From the IMG/VR virus record IMGVR_UViG_3300030004_000009, positions 64,001-128,000 of that record: 64,000 nucleotides of DNA; one strand, written 5' to 3'. The translations under genes were made by a program, and so were the position numbers. The stretch's first letter is position 1. Each line of letters starts with the position of its first letter. Origin of the DNA: a virus. The notes under the pieces are model-generated. The model saw only the letters and a list, made by a program, of their open reading frames with translations. It ran no database searches and was not told the origin of the DNA. Below, piece by piece: positions 32,020-42,284 of this stretch.

Positions 32020-32787
32020 TCATCTTATCCCAAGTAACTTGTTGATCATCATAGTCTTTTCAAAGGAATTTAGGAAATCTTTCTTATCATCAGTTATAAT
32101 CTGAGTAAAAGCATTATAGACATCAAACATTGATGCTTCTTCTGTTTTGGGAACATAGTAAGGAGATTCCTCTTGAAGATAGAGGCTCTTATAAGCTTCT
32201 ACAACTACATTAGGTGAAATCTTAACTGCTTGTACACCATTATAGTGATATTCTGTAAGTGAGTTGTGAACCCATGAACCTAAATTATTATGAATGCATT
32301 CTCTACCTATAAAAGTATCTTTAAGTTGCTTAATTTGACTTTCAAAGTTATTTGGAAGTTCAAGCATTTTTCGTCCATCAATACGTATTAATTCTCCTGG
32401 TTTTATTTCATTAACTTGTAACCATTGACTATTAAAGACACAAAGATTAGTACAAGCTTGATTTAAGTATCCTCTATATAATTTTGACACTGGTTTTCTA
32501 GTGTCTAATCCATATAAAAATCCTATGACTTCATCATGCTTCTCAATACAATGAGAAGCTGGAAGTACTGCCTCAATTAATACACGATTATAAGTTATAT
32601 CTTTGGTGTTAGTAATCGTCATCTGTTGAGGTAACTTAGCTTTGATCCTAAAGTCAGAAGTAAATTTACTCATTTGGTCAATAAAAGGCTGTACATAATC
32701 TTTAGTCGAGAGATACTCTCTCTTATTAATTGTAGTAGCTTTACCTTCAAGTAAAGCTTGTAGATTTATTTCGTCTTGCATTATCAT
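32020..32787 (-). CDS. DUF932-like protein
   Basis: ACTNLCVF and VYNAFT motifs; conserved in crAss-like phages. Confidence 0.6.
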   Translation of the reverse strand: MIMQDEINLQALLEGKATTINKREYLSTKDYVQPFIDQMSKFTSDFRIKAKLPQQMTITNTKDITYNRVLIEAVLPASHCIEKHDEVIGFLYGLDTRKPVSKLYRGYLNQACTNLCVFNSQWLQVNEIKPGELIRIDGRKMLELPNNFESQIKQLKDTFIGRECIHNNLGSWVHNSLTEYHYNGVQAVKISPNVVVEAYKSLYLQEESPYYVPKTEEASMFDVYNAFTQIITDDKKDFLNSFEKTMMINKLLGIR

Positions 32788-33663
32788 TTATACTGAAGTG
32801 TTAACTTCATTTTTACCATTATTATCTATAAAATCTTGCAAAGAAACATTTGAATAATTCTTCCATAACTCCTTACACTTAGTAACATTAGTACCAGTTA
32901 AAATATTTGTAGCACGTTGTATATCATCATATACCCAATCCCTAGATAAAATTAAGAGATCTTTATACTCAATAAATGTACCATTCTCAACAAGTTCTTC
33001 CCTTGCTCTTTTAACATATTGTGCAGCTTCTTTAGATAAAACCTTACTAACTTTAGAATCCTTGTGAATTATAAGTTTACCTTCTATATAAGTCCCTATT
33101 AGTTCACACTTCTTGATGCCTTTTAAGAAGAAACGAGAATCTTGTGGCTTACCAAATTGAGTTATTAAAAAGCGACCACTTGATGCTTGAGATATTATGT
33201 TAATAATAGTATCACCATAATTCTCACACTCTTCGCTTTCATCTTCATTTAAATTCCCTTTAGTTGGTACTACATCATTATCTACTATAATATTAGGAGA
33301 AATCCTAAATCTATTATAAAGCATATTCTCTATATGAGAAGCTTGAGAATCTCCAAAGGAATTGTCATTTGTAGTTATAATAAAAAGCTCTGTAAAGAAG
33401 TCTTTGTCTTTATCTTTTTTATGCTTATTAACCCTTTCAAGCACATTACCTGATTTCCCAACATACACTACTGTTTGTCCTAAATCATTAACACCTATTA
33501 GGATATAAACACCTGTGTTGTCTACATACTTTATATTTTCAAGGTTTGGTAAAAATTCTCTGAAAGTCCTTACTACTTGTATATATTTTAGGTAAATGTC
33601 ATTATATCTATATATTCCATCTGCGATAACAGAAGATTTTATTTTCTTTCCAAATTGGTGCAT
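32788..33663 (-). CDS. GIY-YIG nuclease with DUF4357-like C-terminal domain
   Basis: GVYIL...VYVGKS...R..H...E; C-terminal D..F/Y...A...G...W. Confidence 0.75.
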   Translation of the reverse strand: MHQFGKKIKSSVIADGIYRYNDIYLKYIQVVRTFREFLPNLENIKYVDNTGVYILIGVNDLGQTVVYVGKSGNVLERVNKHKKDKDKDFFTELFIITTNDNSFGDSQASHIENMLYNRFRISPNIIVDNDVVPTKGNLNEDESEECENYGDTIINIISQASSGRFLITQFGKPQDSRFFLKGIKKCELIGTYIEGKLIIHKDSKVSKVLSKEAAQYVKRAREELVENGTFIEYKDLLILSRDWVYDDIQRATNILTGTNVTKCKELWKNYSNVSLQDFIDNNGKNEVNTSV

Positions 33664-33714
33664 TCATCATTCTTAACATAACCATATTTAAATCTAAACA
33701 TTAAGAATCTTTTT

Positions 33715-33750
33715 AAAAAAGAAAAGCTCTAATATTCCTATTAGAGCTTT
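33715..33750 (-). terminator. intrinsic terminator
   Basis: 12-bp stem AAAGCTCTAATA/TATTAGAGCTTT followed by a U-run on the minus strand. Confidence 0.8.
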
Positions 33751-33771
33751 CTATATTATATGATGTGTTAA

Positions 33772-34329
33772 TTAAGCAGCATCACGTTCGTAACCAAATA
33801 CGATGTAAGTACCTAAAGTGGCAGCTGCTGATGGAGCATAGTCTATAATTGCAGCTACTGGTTGTCCTTCAGTTACAAGTTTAACTAAGCGTAATATAAC
33901 ACGAGCATCACGATGATCAGTTACATATTCTTTAGCTTTCTTTATACCAGCTGCTTTATCGTCTGCTATAAATACAATAGTACCAGTCTTACCTTTATCA
34001 TCACCACCTACTAAACCTTCGTAGAAACTAGTATATTTACGAGTACCTTCTGTTGGAATGTTGGTTTCTTTATAAGGCCTTTCACGAGTATCAGGAACAC
34101 CAGGTTCAACAGTTACTGTAAAACCAATTCCTTCAATACCTTTAACTTTTTTATTAATATATTCTTCAGCAAACGCTTTAAAATATGTTGATTTTGGATC
34201 TGGTGTTCCTTCTTTCTTCCATGCTTGTGTAGCATCATATTTTACATCTAAAAATTTTGCTAAACCTGATTTAGCAACTGCGTTTTCTTTGGTGTCGCCA
34301 CTGACTGACACGATTTTTAACTTACTCAT
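33772..34329 (-). CDS. conserved crAss-like protein with its own promoter and terminator
   Basis: DATQAWK...DTRERPY...G.RKY...G.Y..FG pattern. Confidence 0.55.
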   Translation of the reverse strand: MSKLKIVSVSGDTKENAVAKSGLAKFLDVKYDATQAWKKEGTPDPKSTYFKAFAEEYINKKVKGIEGIGFTVTVEPGVPDTRERPYKETNIPTEGTRKYTSFYEGLVGGDDKGKTGTIVFIADDKAAGIKKAKEYVTDHRDARVILRLVKLVTEGQPVAAIIDYAPSAAATLGTYIVFGYERDAA

Positions 34330-34379
34330 TTATTAGTTCTTATTATTTATTACTTTTACCTTGTATATCTTTAATAATA

Positions 34380-34419
34380 CAAAGGTAAGAAAAACATTTT
34401 GAATCTCCAAATTTATTTT
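34380..34419 (-). promoter_or_regulatory. Bacteroidota-type promoter
   Basis: AAAATAAATTTG-N20-TACCTTTG. Confidence 0.8.
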
Positions 34420-35386
34420 ACTTTTTTGTAAAGGTAAAACCCATTGTCTCATCTCTTTTTCTTAGGCGTTTAGATGTATTATTAATAACAGCTGCTGCTT
34501 GTTCATTAACCTTTTTCTTTGCCTTCTCATAATCTATATCTAAAAGCACTACAGCAACAAATAACTCTTTAATTTCAGCTAAACTAAAACCATCAGTACT
34601 ATTAGCCCATTTATGTGCAGTATCCTTATCTAATCCTTTAGCAATAAGATAAGCTTCTTTCTTTGCTGGAATGGGTTTACCAACCTCGATGTGTATATCT
34701 AAACGACCAGGACGAAGTAAGAGATCACTTAATTCATCATAATGATTGGTTGTAGCTATAACAAATTGATGATTTATAGCATCTGAACCAGCTAACCAAT
34801 TAAGAATTGTTCTTTCAACATTCTCATTCTGACAATAGGTATCGATATCTTCTATAATCACTATAACATCACGTTCTGGATCAGCTATACGTAAATTATC
34901 CTGCATAAATGATATATACCACATTAGTTCGTTAGTATTTGTAATTACAAATACTAAACCTCCACGTTTTACTAATTTCTGTGCTAATTGATCTATGATT
35001 GCTGTCTTTCCATTTCCTCCTGAACCATGTAATAAGCAACCACGAGAGTGAATGAAGTTATACTTTTTAAACTCTACTGCCTTACTCCAAAATTTCTCAG
35101 ATTCTGCAATTAGTTCGTCAATATGATTATCAGGTAAATCAAATAATTCATCAGCACTAATAGTAAAAACACTTGCGTGAAGGCCACCTCTATTATCTTG
35201 TGATAGAGCATACATACCAGGTTCTATTCGATCGACAGTTTCACTATCTTGAACCATTGCATATACACCCTCCTTACTCTTGAGCCACTTGTAATTACTC
35301 TTAACCCCTTCCTCTACATAAGCAGGTTGTCCTACATTATGTGGTGTATCTAACTCTATCATAAAAGCTAATGTTCCTTCATCCAT
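34418..35386 (-). CDS. AAA+ ATPase
   Basis: GSGGNGKT, IIEDID, TTN and RPGRLD motifs. Confidence 0.9.
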   Translation of the reverse strand: MDEGTLAFMIELDTPHNVGQPAYVEEGVKSNYKWLKSKEGVYAMVQDSETVDRIEPGMYALSQDNRGGLHASVFTISADELFDLPDNHIDELIAESEKFWSKAVEFKKYNFIHSRGCLLHGSGGNGKTAIIDQLAQKLVKRGGLVFVITNTNELMWYISFMQDNLRIADPERDVIVIIEDIDTYCQNENVERTILNWLAGSDAINHQFVIATTNHYDELSDLLLRPGRLDIHIEVGKPIPAKKEAYLIAKGLDKDTAHKWANSTDGFSLAEIKELFVAVVLLDIDYEKAKKKVNEQAAAVINNTSKRLRKRDETMGFTFTKK

Positions 35387-35389
35387 TAT

Positions 35390-35776
35390 TTAAAAGGGTA
35401 ACCATTCGTCTACTGTTCTTTTTATCTCTTTCATCATATCCTTAACTGTTGTTGCTCCATAAGTGTCAAACTTAGCATCATTACTTATTACAAGGTCACA
35501 ATGTAAAGCTATACTTTCATATATCTCTTTAGTTGTTTCTGTATCAACTTTACCACATGCGTTATTAAGTATAACTAATGGGGTAATTAGTTTTGGATCT
35601 TTCTTATCTTTTTCTGCTTTTGCTCGATATAACATAGTTAAATGAGACACTAATGAGATAAGACGCATTAAATCTTCTCCTTCTATGTTTGTACCAGGCA
35701 TTTTAACATAAGTTTCTAAAAACTCATATTTCTCATTATACGGTAACTCTGAAAACTTAAAAGGATATTCTATCAT
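35390..35776 (-). CDS. hypothetical protein
   Basis: 128 aa ORF ending WLPF. Confidence 0.55.
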   Translation of the reverse strand: MIEYPFKFSELPYNEKYEFLETYVKMPGTNIEGEDLMRLISLVSHLTMLYRAKAEKDKKDPKLITPLVILNNACGKVDTETTKEIYESIALHCDLVISNDAKFDTYGATTVKDMMKEIKRTVDEWLPF

Positions 35777-36933
35777 ATTTCTGTAACGCTATTAAAATCC
35801 ATTTCTACAAACTTATCAAAACCACGTAATTTATGATAAGATACACGTTTAAGTAAGTTTACAAACTCATCATAACCTGTTTTAATCCACTTATTACCAA
35901 CTTTAAAAGCATGACTCATGTGAGGTTTGTTAGTTTCCACTACAATCACATTAACAACGAATTTCCAGCTATTGTCAACTCCATGTACATGTTCAACGTA
36001 TTTCTTTAACATAAAGAGATATTGGGCGAATTGGCGATAATAATGATATGACTGAAACGATCCTTTCTCAAAGACATTGTAAGTATCGCCATTAACGTCA
36101 GTACGTTGTGTTGTGATACCAGGAAAAGTATTAAGTGGCTTTCCAGTAGTCTTTAAGTCATTAAGTGTTACTATTTTCCTTGTAAAATCTATAGACCAAT
36201 TATCAATTTTAGCCTTAAGTTTTAACCTTATAACTTCATTAAATAGAGGATCATCAAACTCTTCATTTGGAATAGAAGCTACAAACTCCATTATCATAAC
36301 ATCCTCATGATAGCTTACAATATCAACAGCTTCTCTGCAACCTAAATCATCTTCAATATAAGGTGGTGGAAAAAGCAGATCCATTAAGAGCTTGTTATGC
36401 TTTACACTACTGAGACAACCATCAAGTTTCTCTTTCTGTAATTCAGTAAGAACTATAGCTCCAGGTTGTTCATCCTGTATCTTTAAGAACTCAAGATACT
36501 CTTGACCTTTAGAAAGTACATCATCGTACTTCTTTTGAGTCATTTTGCCTTTATAGTAATCCTCTTCTTCACAAGCCATTGTGAGTGCAATTTGTTCACT
36601 ATAACCTTCATTTTTATATTTATAAAGTAAGTCACATATAGCACCTACTTTACCTGATGGTTTATCTACAGGACTAAGGAAATATTTATCTTTTTCAAGT
36701 ATCATCTGATGTACTGCGGATCCAAGTTCTAAAGCTGGAGATTTAGAGTCACTAGAGAAACCTTCAAGGAATCTTGTTGGTGCTCCCCCTTCTTCTGGAT
36801 TAATTAGCTTAAGTTGAGAATTACTTATAAAGTCACGATAGGCTGAGCCAAAGTATTCTTCATCGGGTACATTCTCAAGTCTAGTAGCAGTATCTGTTAA
36901 GAATTCAATTTGTATTTTACTTAAGTCGTACAA
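35773..36933 (-). CDS. PD-(D/E)xK exonuclease (RecE/DUF3799-like)
   Basis: SNSQL, GSAVH, KAKID, DLKTT and Y.RQ...Y motifs. Confidence 0.85.
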   Translation of the reverse strand: MYDLSKIQIEFLTDTATRLENVPDEEYFGSAYRDFISNSQLKLINPEEGGAPTRFLEGFSSDSKSPALELGSAVHQMILEKDKYFLSPVDKPSGKVGAICDLLYKYKNEGYSEQIALTMACEEEDYYKGKMTQKKYDDVLSKGQEYLEFLKIQDEQPGAIVLTELQKEKLDGCLSSVKHNKLLMDLLFPPPYIEDDLGCREAVDIVSYHEDVMIMEFVASIPNEEFDDPLFNEVIRLKLKAKIDNWSIDFTRKIVTLNDLKTTGKPLNTFPGITTQRTDVNGDTYNVFEKGSFQSYHYYRQFAQYLFMLKKYVEHVHGVDNSWKFVVNVIVVETNKPHMSHAFKVGNKWIKTGYDEFVNLLKRVSYHKLRGFDKFVEMDFNSVTEI

Positions 36934-38184
36934 TTAATCTTCGTCTTCATCGTCAAAGTTATCATAATCTTCATCCATTACACGATCAAGAAATTCCTCC
37001 CAATCTTTGTCATCGTTATCATCCCAACCTTCTTCGAATGGATCAGTCGCTACATCCCTCTCAAATTGTTGTTTTGCTTTCAAATCTGTCTTACTCATAT
37101 TGATTTATTTACCCATAGCAACCTTAAGAGAGCTCTTAGCTGTTTCAAGTTCACTTATCTGGTCTGAACATATCTCATACTCTTTTTTGTAATTCTTAAG
37201 CTCAGCCTCAGCTTCATCAACTTTATCTTCTAATTGTTCTCCTAATCCATAAAGTTCTTCTAGTGCTGTTTCAACTAGATCAAGTGCGTCTTGTAATTCG
37301 TCCATTTTCTTATTGCCATTGTTTTATTAACTCTAAAGCATCTTCTAAATCTTCTTTCTCATCGCTATATTTCATATATAAATCACTATCTTCCTCATCA
37401 AGATCATTAATTAGATCATTAAGTTCAAATAAGCGATCGCTTAAACAATCATAAGCTAAACTTACTGCTGTCATTTATAATCTTTTAGATAGTTTAATGC
37501 TGTTTTTAAATCTGCAACTTCATTTTCATATTCAATAGCCTCTTCACCATCTTGATAATCAGTCATATCAACTAATTGTTGTGCAAATTTTACTCGTTCT
37601 TCTATAAGATCTATAGCTTGTTTAATTAAGTAACCCATTAGTAAATATTACTTAAAGTTTCCTCTAAATTAGCAATCTCATCTAAATCTCCAAGTAAGTC
37701 TTGAATGCTTTCATCTTTCTCATGCCTCTCAGCAGTAATTATTATACGTTTATAAACTCCGTCTTTAGCTGTCTTTACTATATCACTTATAGCATCAATA
37801 TATTTCTGTTCCATTATACCCAATTATTTAGAAGCCTTACTACTTCAGTTAAATCATCTATTTCTTCTTCAACATTACCCCATTGATCTCCATCTGGATC
37901 GGTTTGCTCATTATATCCCTCTTGTTCTTCTTTAAGAATATAAATACGTCCTCTTAATTGATCAATTATACTTTTAATTTGATAGCTCATATAACATCAT
38001 TCATTCGTCTTATAATATCTTGATAATCATCAAGTGTACGTATATCTTCAATTAAGCCTTGTACATCATCAATATCGAGTTCTTCTCTTTGAACTACATA
38101 AACTATCGAATTATAAAGAGCATTTCTAGCTATTTTCAAAACATTATTAATAGCATCTTCATATTGTTCTTTTTCGTCCATCAC
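36934..38184 (-). CDS. array of seven small acidic ORFs (54-66 aa)
   Basis: 36934-37098, 37105-37305, 37310-37474, 37471-37638, 37638-37814, 37814-37990 and 37987-38184; mostly coupled by ATGA/TAATG overlaps. Confidence 0.65.
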
Positions 38185-39311
38185 CTTATTATATTTTTTA
38201 ATTTTAAATCATAAATCCTTCTATAGCCAACATTATAAAATAAATTATGTGGTGCTGACATTAAAAAGCTACAGATACCTGCTGATTGAACTTCTGAAAA
38301 ATTAGAAAATCTATCATCTATAAAGAATTCAGTACCTATTGATTTAAGAACTTCTACTTTTGAAGTATCAAATGGTACATGATAAACAGGACGACATGGA
38401 AGTTCATTCTTTTCTAACCATTCTTGAGTCCATTCAACTGGAATACTCCTTGAAGATACATATGCATGAGGTACAAAGTCTGGTTTACGTATTACTGGTA
38501 AAGATAACCAAAACTCTTTATTCTTAGCTAATTCATCAAGTTCACTAGTAAATCCATAGCGTGAATCCCAATAAGTTGACTGTATATCCTTACCTGTGAA
38601 ATCCTTATAGCCCTGAGCCCAACCACATACTACTTCATCAATATCTAGGACTACTTTTGGAAGTTTCAAATAACTTTTAATACGATCATCAAATTGAGGA
38701 TTTGACTTATAGTAATCAACTAATATCATAGCGTTCCATATGACTGCTGTCATGTGAAATGCTCTAGAATGATTTTTACAATCTCCTGCTATACATCCAG
38801 GACAGTCTTTGTCGTAATCGTAATCTTCTCCAGCACGATATGCTTCTAAATGACGTATTAAAGAGTCTGCTACATCACTCCACGGATGTCCTTTTTTCCA
38901 ATTATTTGGTGCGTACTTCTTAGCCCCATATGTAAACAATTTAGCCAATTGTTCTAATGGATAAGGTGGAATTAGGTCGTATCGCAACTTCCCTTCATTG
39001 AAACGGTCTGCTCTTGCTGGTTCTTGTGTTAATTCACCTTTTTTAAACTTATAGAATTCTGGTAAAGGATCTGGTTTAGAAACTTCTTCTAATGGGTCAG
39101 ACTTTAACTCTTTATTCTTTGTTTTAAATTGCATATCAAATAAATCATCTCCTTTAGTACATTGTTGAGGCCATAATTCACTTTTAAGTTGTGTCTTTAA
39201 AGCTTCATTCTGTAATTGCATTACTGTCTTTCTTGGAGTATACCAATGAGGAGTTGTAGTCTGTTGATTTGAAGCACAATTATTTGCTTGATTCTTTTCT
39301 TTTTCTAACAT
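38181..39311 (-). CDS. dATP/dGTP diphosphohydrolase (DUF5664) fused to a HAD nucleotidase
   Basis: GKLRYDLIP...YGAKKY..NNW.KG...RH; then LDIDEV...FIDD. Confidence 0.8.
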   Translation of the reverse strand: MLEKEKNQANNCASNQQTTTPHWYTPRKTVMQLQNEALKTQLKSELWPQQCTKGDDLFDMQFKTKNKELKSDPLEEVSKPDPLPEFYKFKKGELTQEPARADRFNEGKLRYDLIPPYPLEQLAKLFTYGAKKYAPNNWKKGHPWSDVADSLIRHLEAYRAGEDYDYDKDCPGCIAGDCKNHSRAFHMTAVIWNAMILVDYYKSNPQFDDRIKSYLKLPKVVLDIDEVVCGWAQGYKDFTGKDIQSTYWDSRYGFTSELDELAKNKEFWLSLPVIRKPDFVPHAYVSSRSIPVEWTQEWLEKNELPCRPVYHVPFDTSKVEVLKSIGTEFFIDDRFSNFSEVQSAGICSFLMSAPHNLFYNVGYRRIYDLKLKNIIR

Positions 39312-39546
39312 GTTCCTTACTCATTATAAGGTTAACTTAATACATCTATTTCATAAAGAGCTCTCTCCAAACCATCAAAAAAACCAATGTCTTCACTTTC
39401 ATCTTCATCTATCACAACAGATAAAGCTTCGGATAGATCATCTAAAGCTAAAGTGTAAGCCATTTCCATTAATGCGAGTACTTTCACACCTTGATTGTGA
39501 TTTATTATTTCTTGTAATCTTTGTTGTTTAGTCATAATTTTAAATG

Positions 39547-39572
39547 AAAAGAGAGACTATTTAGTCTCTCTT
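39547..39572 (-). terminator. intrinsic terminator
   Basis: AAGAGAGACTA/TAGTCTCTCTT stem. Confidence 0.65.
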
Positions 39573-40010
39573 AATTTGTAATTTTAATTTTTCATATTCT
39601 TCTTTAACACTCTCTGCATTAATTATAAAGGTTCCTGGATTTAACTTATCATAATGATAACCTAAAAATACAGGTCTTATTTCATCAGCATTATCATCGT
39701 CAATCCATTCATACTTAATCATCTGATCAAAAATTATTTGTGCAGCATTAATCTCATCGAATTTATGTTTTGATTTACGTATAAAATAGAGTCCTATATG
39801 CCAAGGTTTTGAACCAGTAAACAAAGTTTCAAAATACTCACGTTTATCAATCCACTCCATCTGAGTATTTTCATAGTATTCTTTACATTGTTTTGAAGCA
39901 ATTATAAAACCACTCTTAGTTATCTGTTTGGAGTTTTTTAAAGACGGAGTATTACCTGGCATCCATATAGCTTTAGAAAGGGGCTTCGTCTGTTGTATCG
40001 TGTTTATCAC
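39561..40010 (-). CDS. RusA-like Holliday junction resolvase
   Basis: PSLKNS...FD.IN...D.M...WI.DDN. Confidence 0.7.
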   Translation of the reverse strand: MINTIQQTKPLSKAIWMPGNTPSLKNSKQITKSGFIIASKQCKEYYENTQMEWIDKREYFETLFTGSKPWHIGLYFIRKSKHKFDEINAAQIIFDQMIKYEWIDDDNADEIRPVFLGYHYDKLNPGTFIINAESVKEEYEKLKLQIKRD

Positions 40011-41001
40011 TTAATAATTTATACTTTAATTCTTCAATAAGTTCTTTTGCTTTATCTATTCCTTTTTTCTTTATAAAATCTGAAATGTCTTTAGCAAATT
40101 CCTTCTTATTGGTAAATGACAAACATTCTAAACCAAACTTCTTTCTATATTCTATCATTGAACGTTGACCACTTCTATCCCAGTCATAGTTGACTATAAT
40201 GTACTTAAACCTTTTAGTAAGAGCTACATATTGTTTGGTGGAGATAATAATAGATTCAGCTTGTGGAGCAACTGCTGGTATTCCTAGTTCATAAAAAGAC
40301 ATTACATCTTTCAACGATTTAGTTATAACAACTATATTACCTATTTTAGGAAGTTGTTTAGCTCCTTGAAGTTTATTAGTATTTAATAAGAACCGATAGT
40401 GTTTTCTAATTGGAAAGTACATTTTCCATAATTCACGACCTTCTTCTTTACCAAAATAATAACCATAAATAGGACTTTTAATTGTAGATGAATAGAGATA
40501 ATTACCATTAAGAAATACAGATTTAATAGAGTGAACATTAAACTTATCGAGTGTAGATTTAGTTATACCAAATTGTAACCACCATTGAAGTTGTTCTTCT
40601 CTAAAATCTTGTATTTCAGCTTGTATTATTGTATAAGTTTTATTATTTATAATAGACCCATCATATTGAATTGCTGGTTCATTTGTAGTAAAACCACGTT
40701 TCTTCTCAATATTAAAGTCATGAGAAATGATATTAATAGCTTTACCATAACTAACCTTATATTTCTCCATTACAATATCTATAAAGTTTCCATGAAAGCC
40801 ATTACTCCAATCTTTGAAAATAAGTTCCTTATTTGCTGCTCGATAAAACGAAGCGGTAGGATGTTTATCTTCTCGAAGTGGGTTTATATGAAGGTTTCTA
40901 TCTGGGATTATCCCAAGATAGAAACTCATAACTTCTTCTTCTTTTAACTTATCTAATAAAAATTGTTTGGTAATACGAGGTGAACTAATACTTATTTGCA
41001 T
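39973..41001 (-). CDS. dnaG: DNA primase (DnaG/TOPRIM, crAss type)
   Basis: NPLR.D..P, FKD, ITKSLKDVM, YDWD and KDISD motifs. Confidence 0.85.
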   Translation of the reverse strand: MQISISSPRITKQFLLDKLKEEEVMSFYLGIIPDRNLHINPLREDKHPTASFYRAANKELIFKDWSNGFHGNFIDIVMEKYKVSYGKAINIISHDFNIEKKRGFTTNEPAIQYDGSIINNKTYTIIQAEIQDFREEQLQWWLQFGITKSTLDKFNVHSIKSVFLNGNYLYSSTIKSPIYGYYFGKEEGRELWKMYFPIRKHYRFLLNTNKLQGAKQLPKIGNIVVITKSLKDVMSFYELGIPAVAPQAESIIISTKQYVALTKRFKYIIVNYDWDRSGQRSMIEYRKKFGLECLSFTNKKEFAKDISDFIKKKGIDKAKELIEELKYKLLSDKHDTTDEAPF

Positions 41002-41008
41002 TTAACTG

Positions 41009-41040
41009 CAAAGATACACTAAACTAAGTCTAAATCTAAA
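41009..41040 (-). promoter_or_regulatory. possible promoter for the primase
   Basis: TTTA-N20-TATCTTTG, 7 nt before the ATG. Confidence 0.5.
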
Positions 41041-41705
41041 TCATCATCAACATCAAGGTTAGATTTAGCGTTCTGAGTTGCTTTTTGTTTTGCCATATCA
41101 GTTGGTTTAGCTGTAGCTTGATTATTGATCTTTTCAAGTTCTTTAGCAGTAAAAGTTAAATCCTTACCAATAAAATTAGTACGAGGAAATGTATCATTAC
41201 CTTCTTCATCAGCTTCTTTACGAAGACCAAGTACAAATGATGGGAATACACCTTTACCATCTTTATTTGGTACAAGTTTAATTTGAGTTTGTACACCTGC
41301 TGACTTCGCAGTAGCTTTAAGCATAAACGCTTTGATATTCTTCCAACCATCAAGATTGACTTTACCTTTCTTAGCTATTTCTTGTGCAGTTTGTGCTGCT
41401 ACAGCTTCAATTAAGTGAGAGAATAGATGACCTGTTTCTTCAGCATTAGAAGGATTCTTACCACCAAAGGTATTATCTTTACGTTCATCATCACCTGGTT
41501 TTGGTTCAAATACTGTATGCTCATAAGTCTTACCAGCTAAGTCGCCTACGCCTTCAAATTTTATCTTTATAACGTCGAATGACGCTGATTTATCTTTCTT
41601 TTCAATAGTTTCGTTAGTTAAACTAACAAACCTTACATCATGAATACCTGGAGTTAATTGTCCACCTTGTTTAGATTGGGTGTTTCCACCTAATGTCATT
41701 TTCAT
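41019..41705 (-). CDS. single-stranded DNA-binding protein-like
   Basis: position in the replication module; acidic C-terminal tail DVDDDLDLDLV. Confidence 0.55.
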   Translation of the reverse strand: MKMTLGGNTQSKQGGQLTPGIHDVRFVSLTNETIEKKDKSASFDVIKIKFEGVGDLAGKTYEHTVFEPKPGDDERKDNTFGGKNPSNAEETGHLFSHLIEAVAAQTAQEIAKKGKVNLDGWKNIKAFMLKATAKSAGVQTQIKLVPNKDGKGVFPSFVLGLRKEADEEGNDTFPRTNFIGKDLTFTAKELEKINNQATAKPTDMAKQKATQNAKSNLDVDDDLDLDLV

Positions 41706-41717
41706 ACTTCTACTTAA

Positions 41718-42284
41718 TTAATCAATATCGAGTTCAAAATTAATCTCTTCACCTTCTTCTATATCAGCAAGAAAGTCATCGTCATCTAAATCTCCAATTG
41801 TTTCATCTTTTAAAGTGGCTTTACTATCTACATACTCATTGTAATCTTGTTCATCAGTATTTTCAACTTCTTGCCTTATAAGTTGTAAGTATCCTTCTGA
41901 TTTAAGTTTATATTTAAACTCAGCTCCCGGAGCTCCAAGCTGTTCACTGTTCTTACCTTTAACTGATACAGTTAAACCTTTCGTAATTAAATTACCACCT
42001 TTTGGTTCTTTAGCTACAAGTGGATTAAGTAACACAGGTTCTGGATTAAAACGTACACATACACGATCACCAACAATTAAACCCATAAGCCCTAAGACTT
42101 CTTCATTAAGTTGTAATGATGCACCATTATATGTTACTTTATCTGTCACTAAAGCTTCTTTCTTCTTTCGAGGTTTAGAAGCCTTCTTTTCTTTTGGTTT
42201 CTCTACTTGTTCAGTAGCACCATTTACACTAACTTCTGAGACAGCGTTCGTCTCAGGATCAAAATTAAAACTTATTTTTATCAT
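41718..42284 (-). CDS. hypothetical protein with acidic C-terminus
   Basis: GN..TK..TVS..G motif; lies between the ATPase and SSB-like genes. Confidence 0.5.
   Translation of the reverse strand: MIKISFNFDPETNAVSEVSVNGATEQVEKPKEKKASKPRKKKEALVTDKVTYNGASLQLNEEVLGLMGLIVGDRVCVRFNPEPVLLNPLVAKEPKGGNLITKGLTVSVKGKNSEQLGAPGAEFKYKLKSEGYLQLIRQEVENTDEQDYNEYVDSKATLKDETIGDLDDDDFLADIEEGEEINFELDID

Noticed and set aside
35773-36933. Cas4 / CRISPR adaptation gene
   Set aside because: It lacks the four-Cys Fe-S pattern, and its context is recombination/replication.
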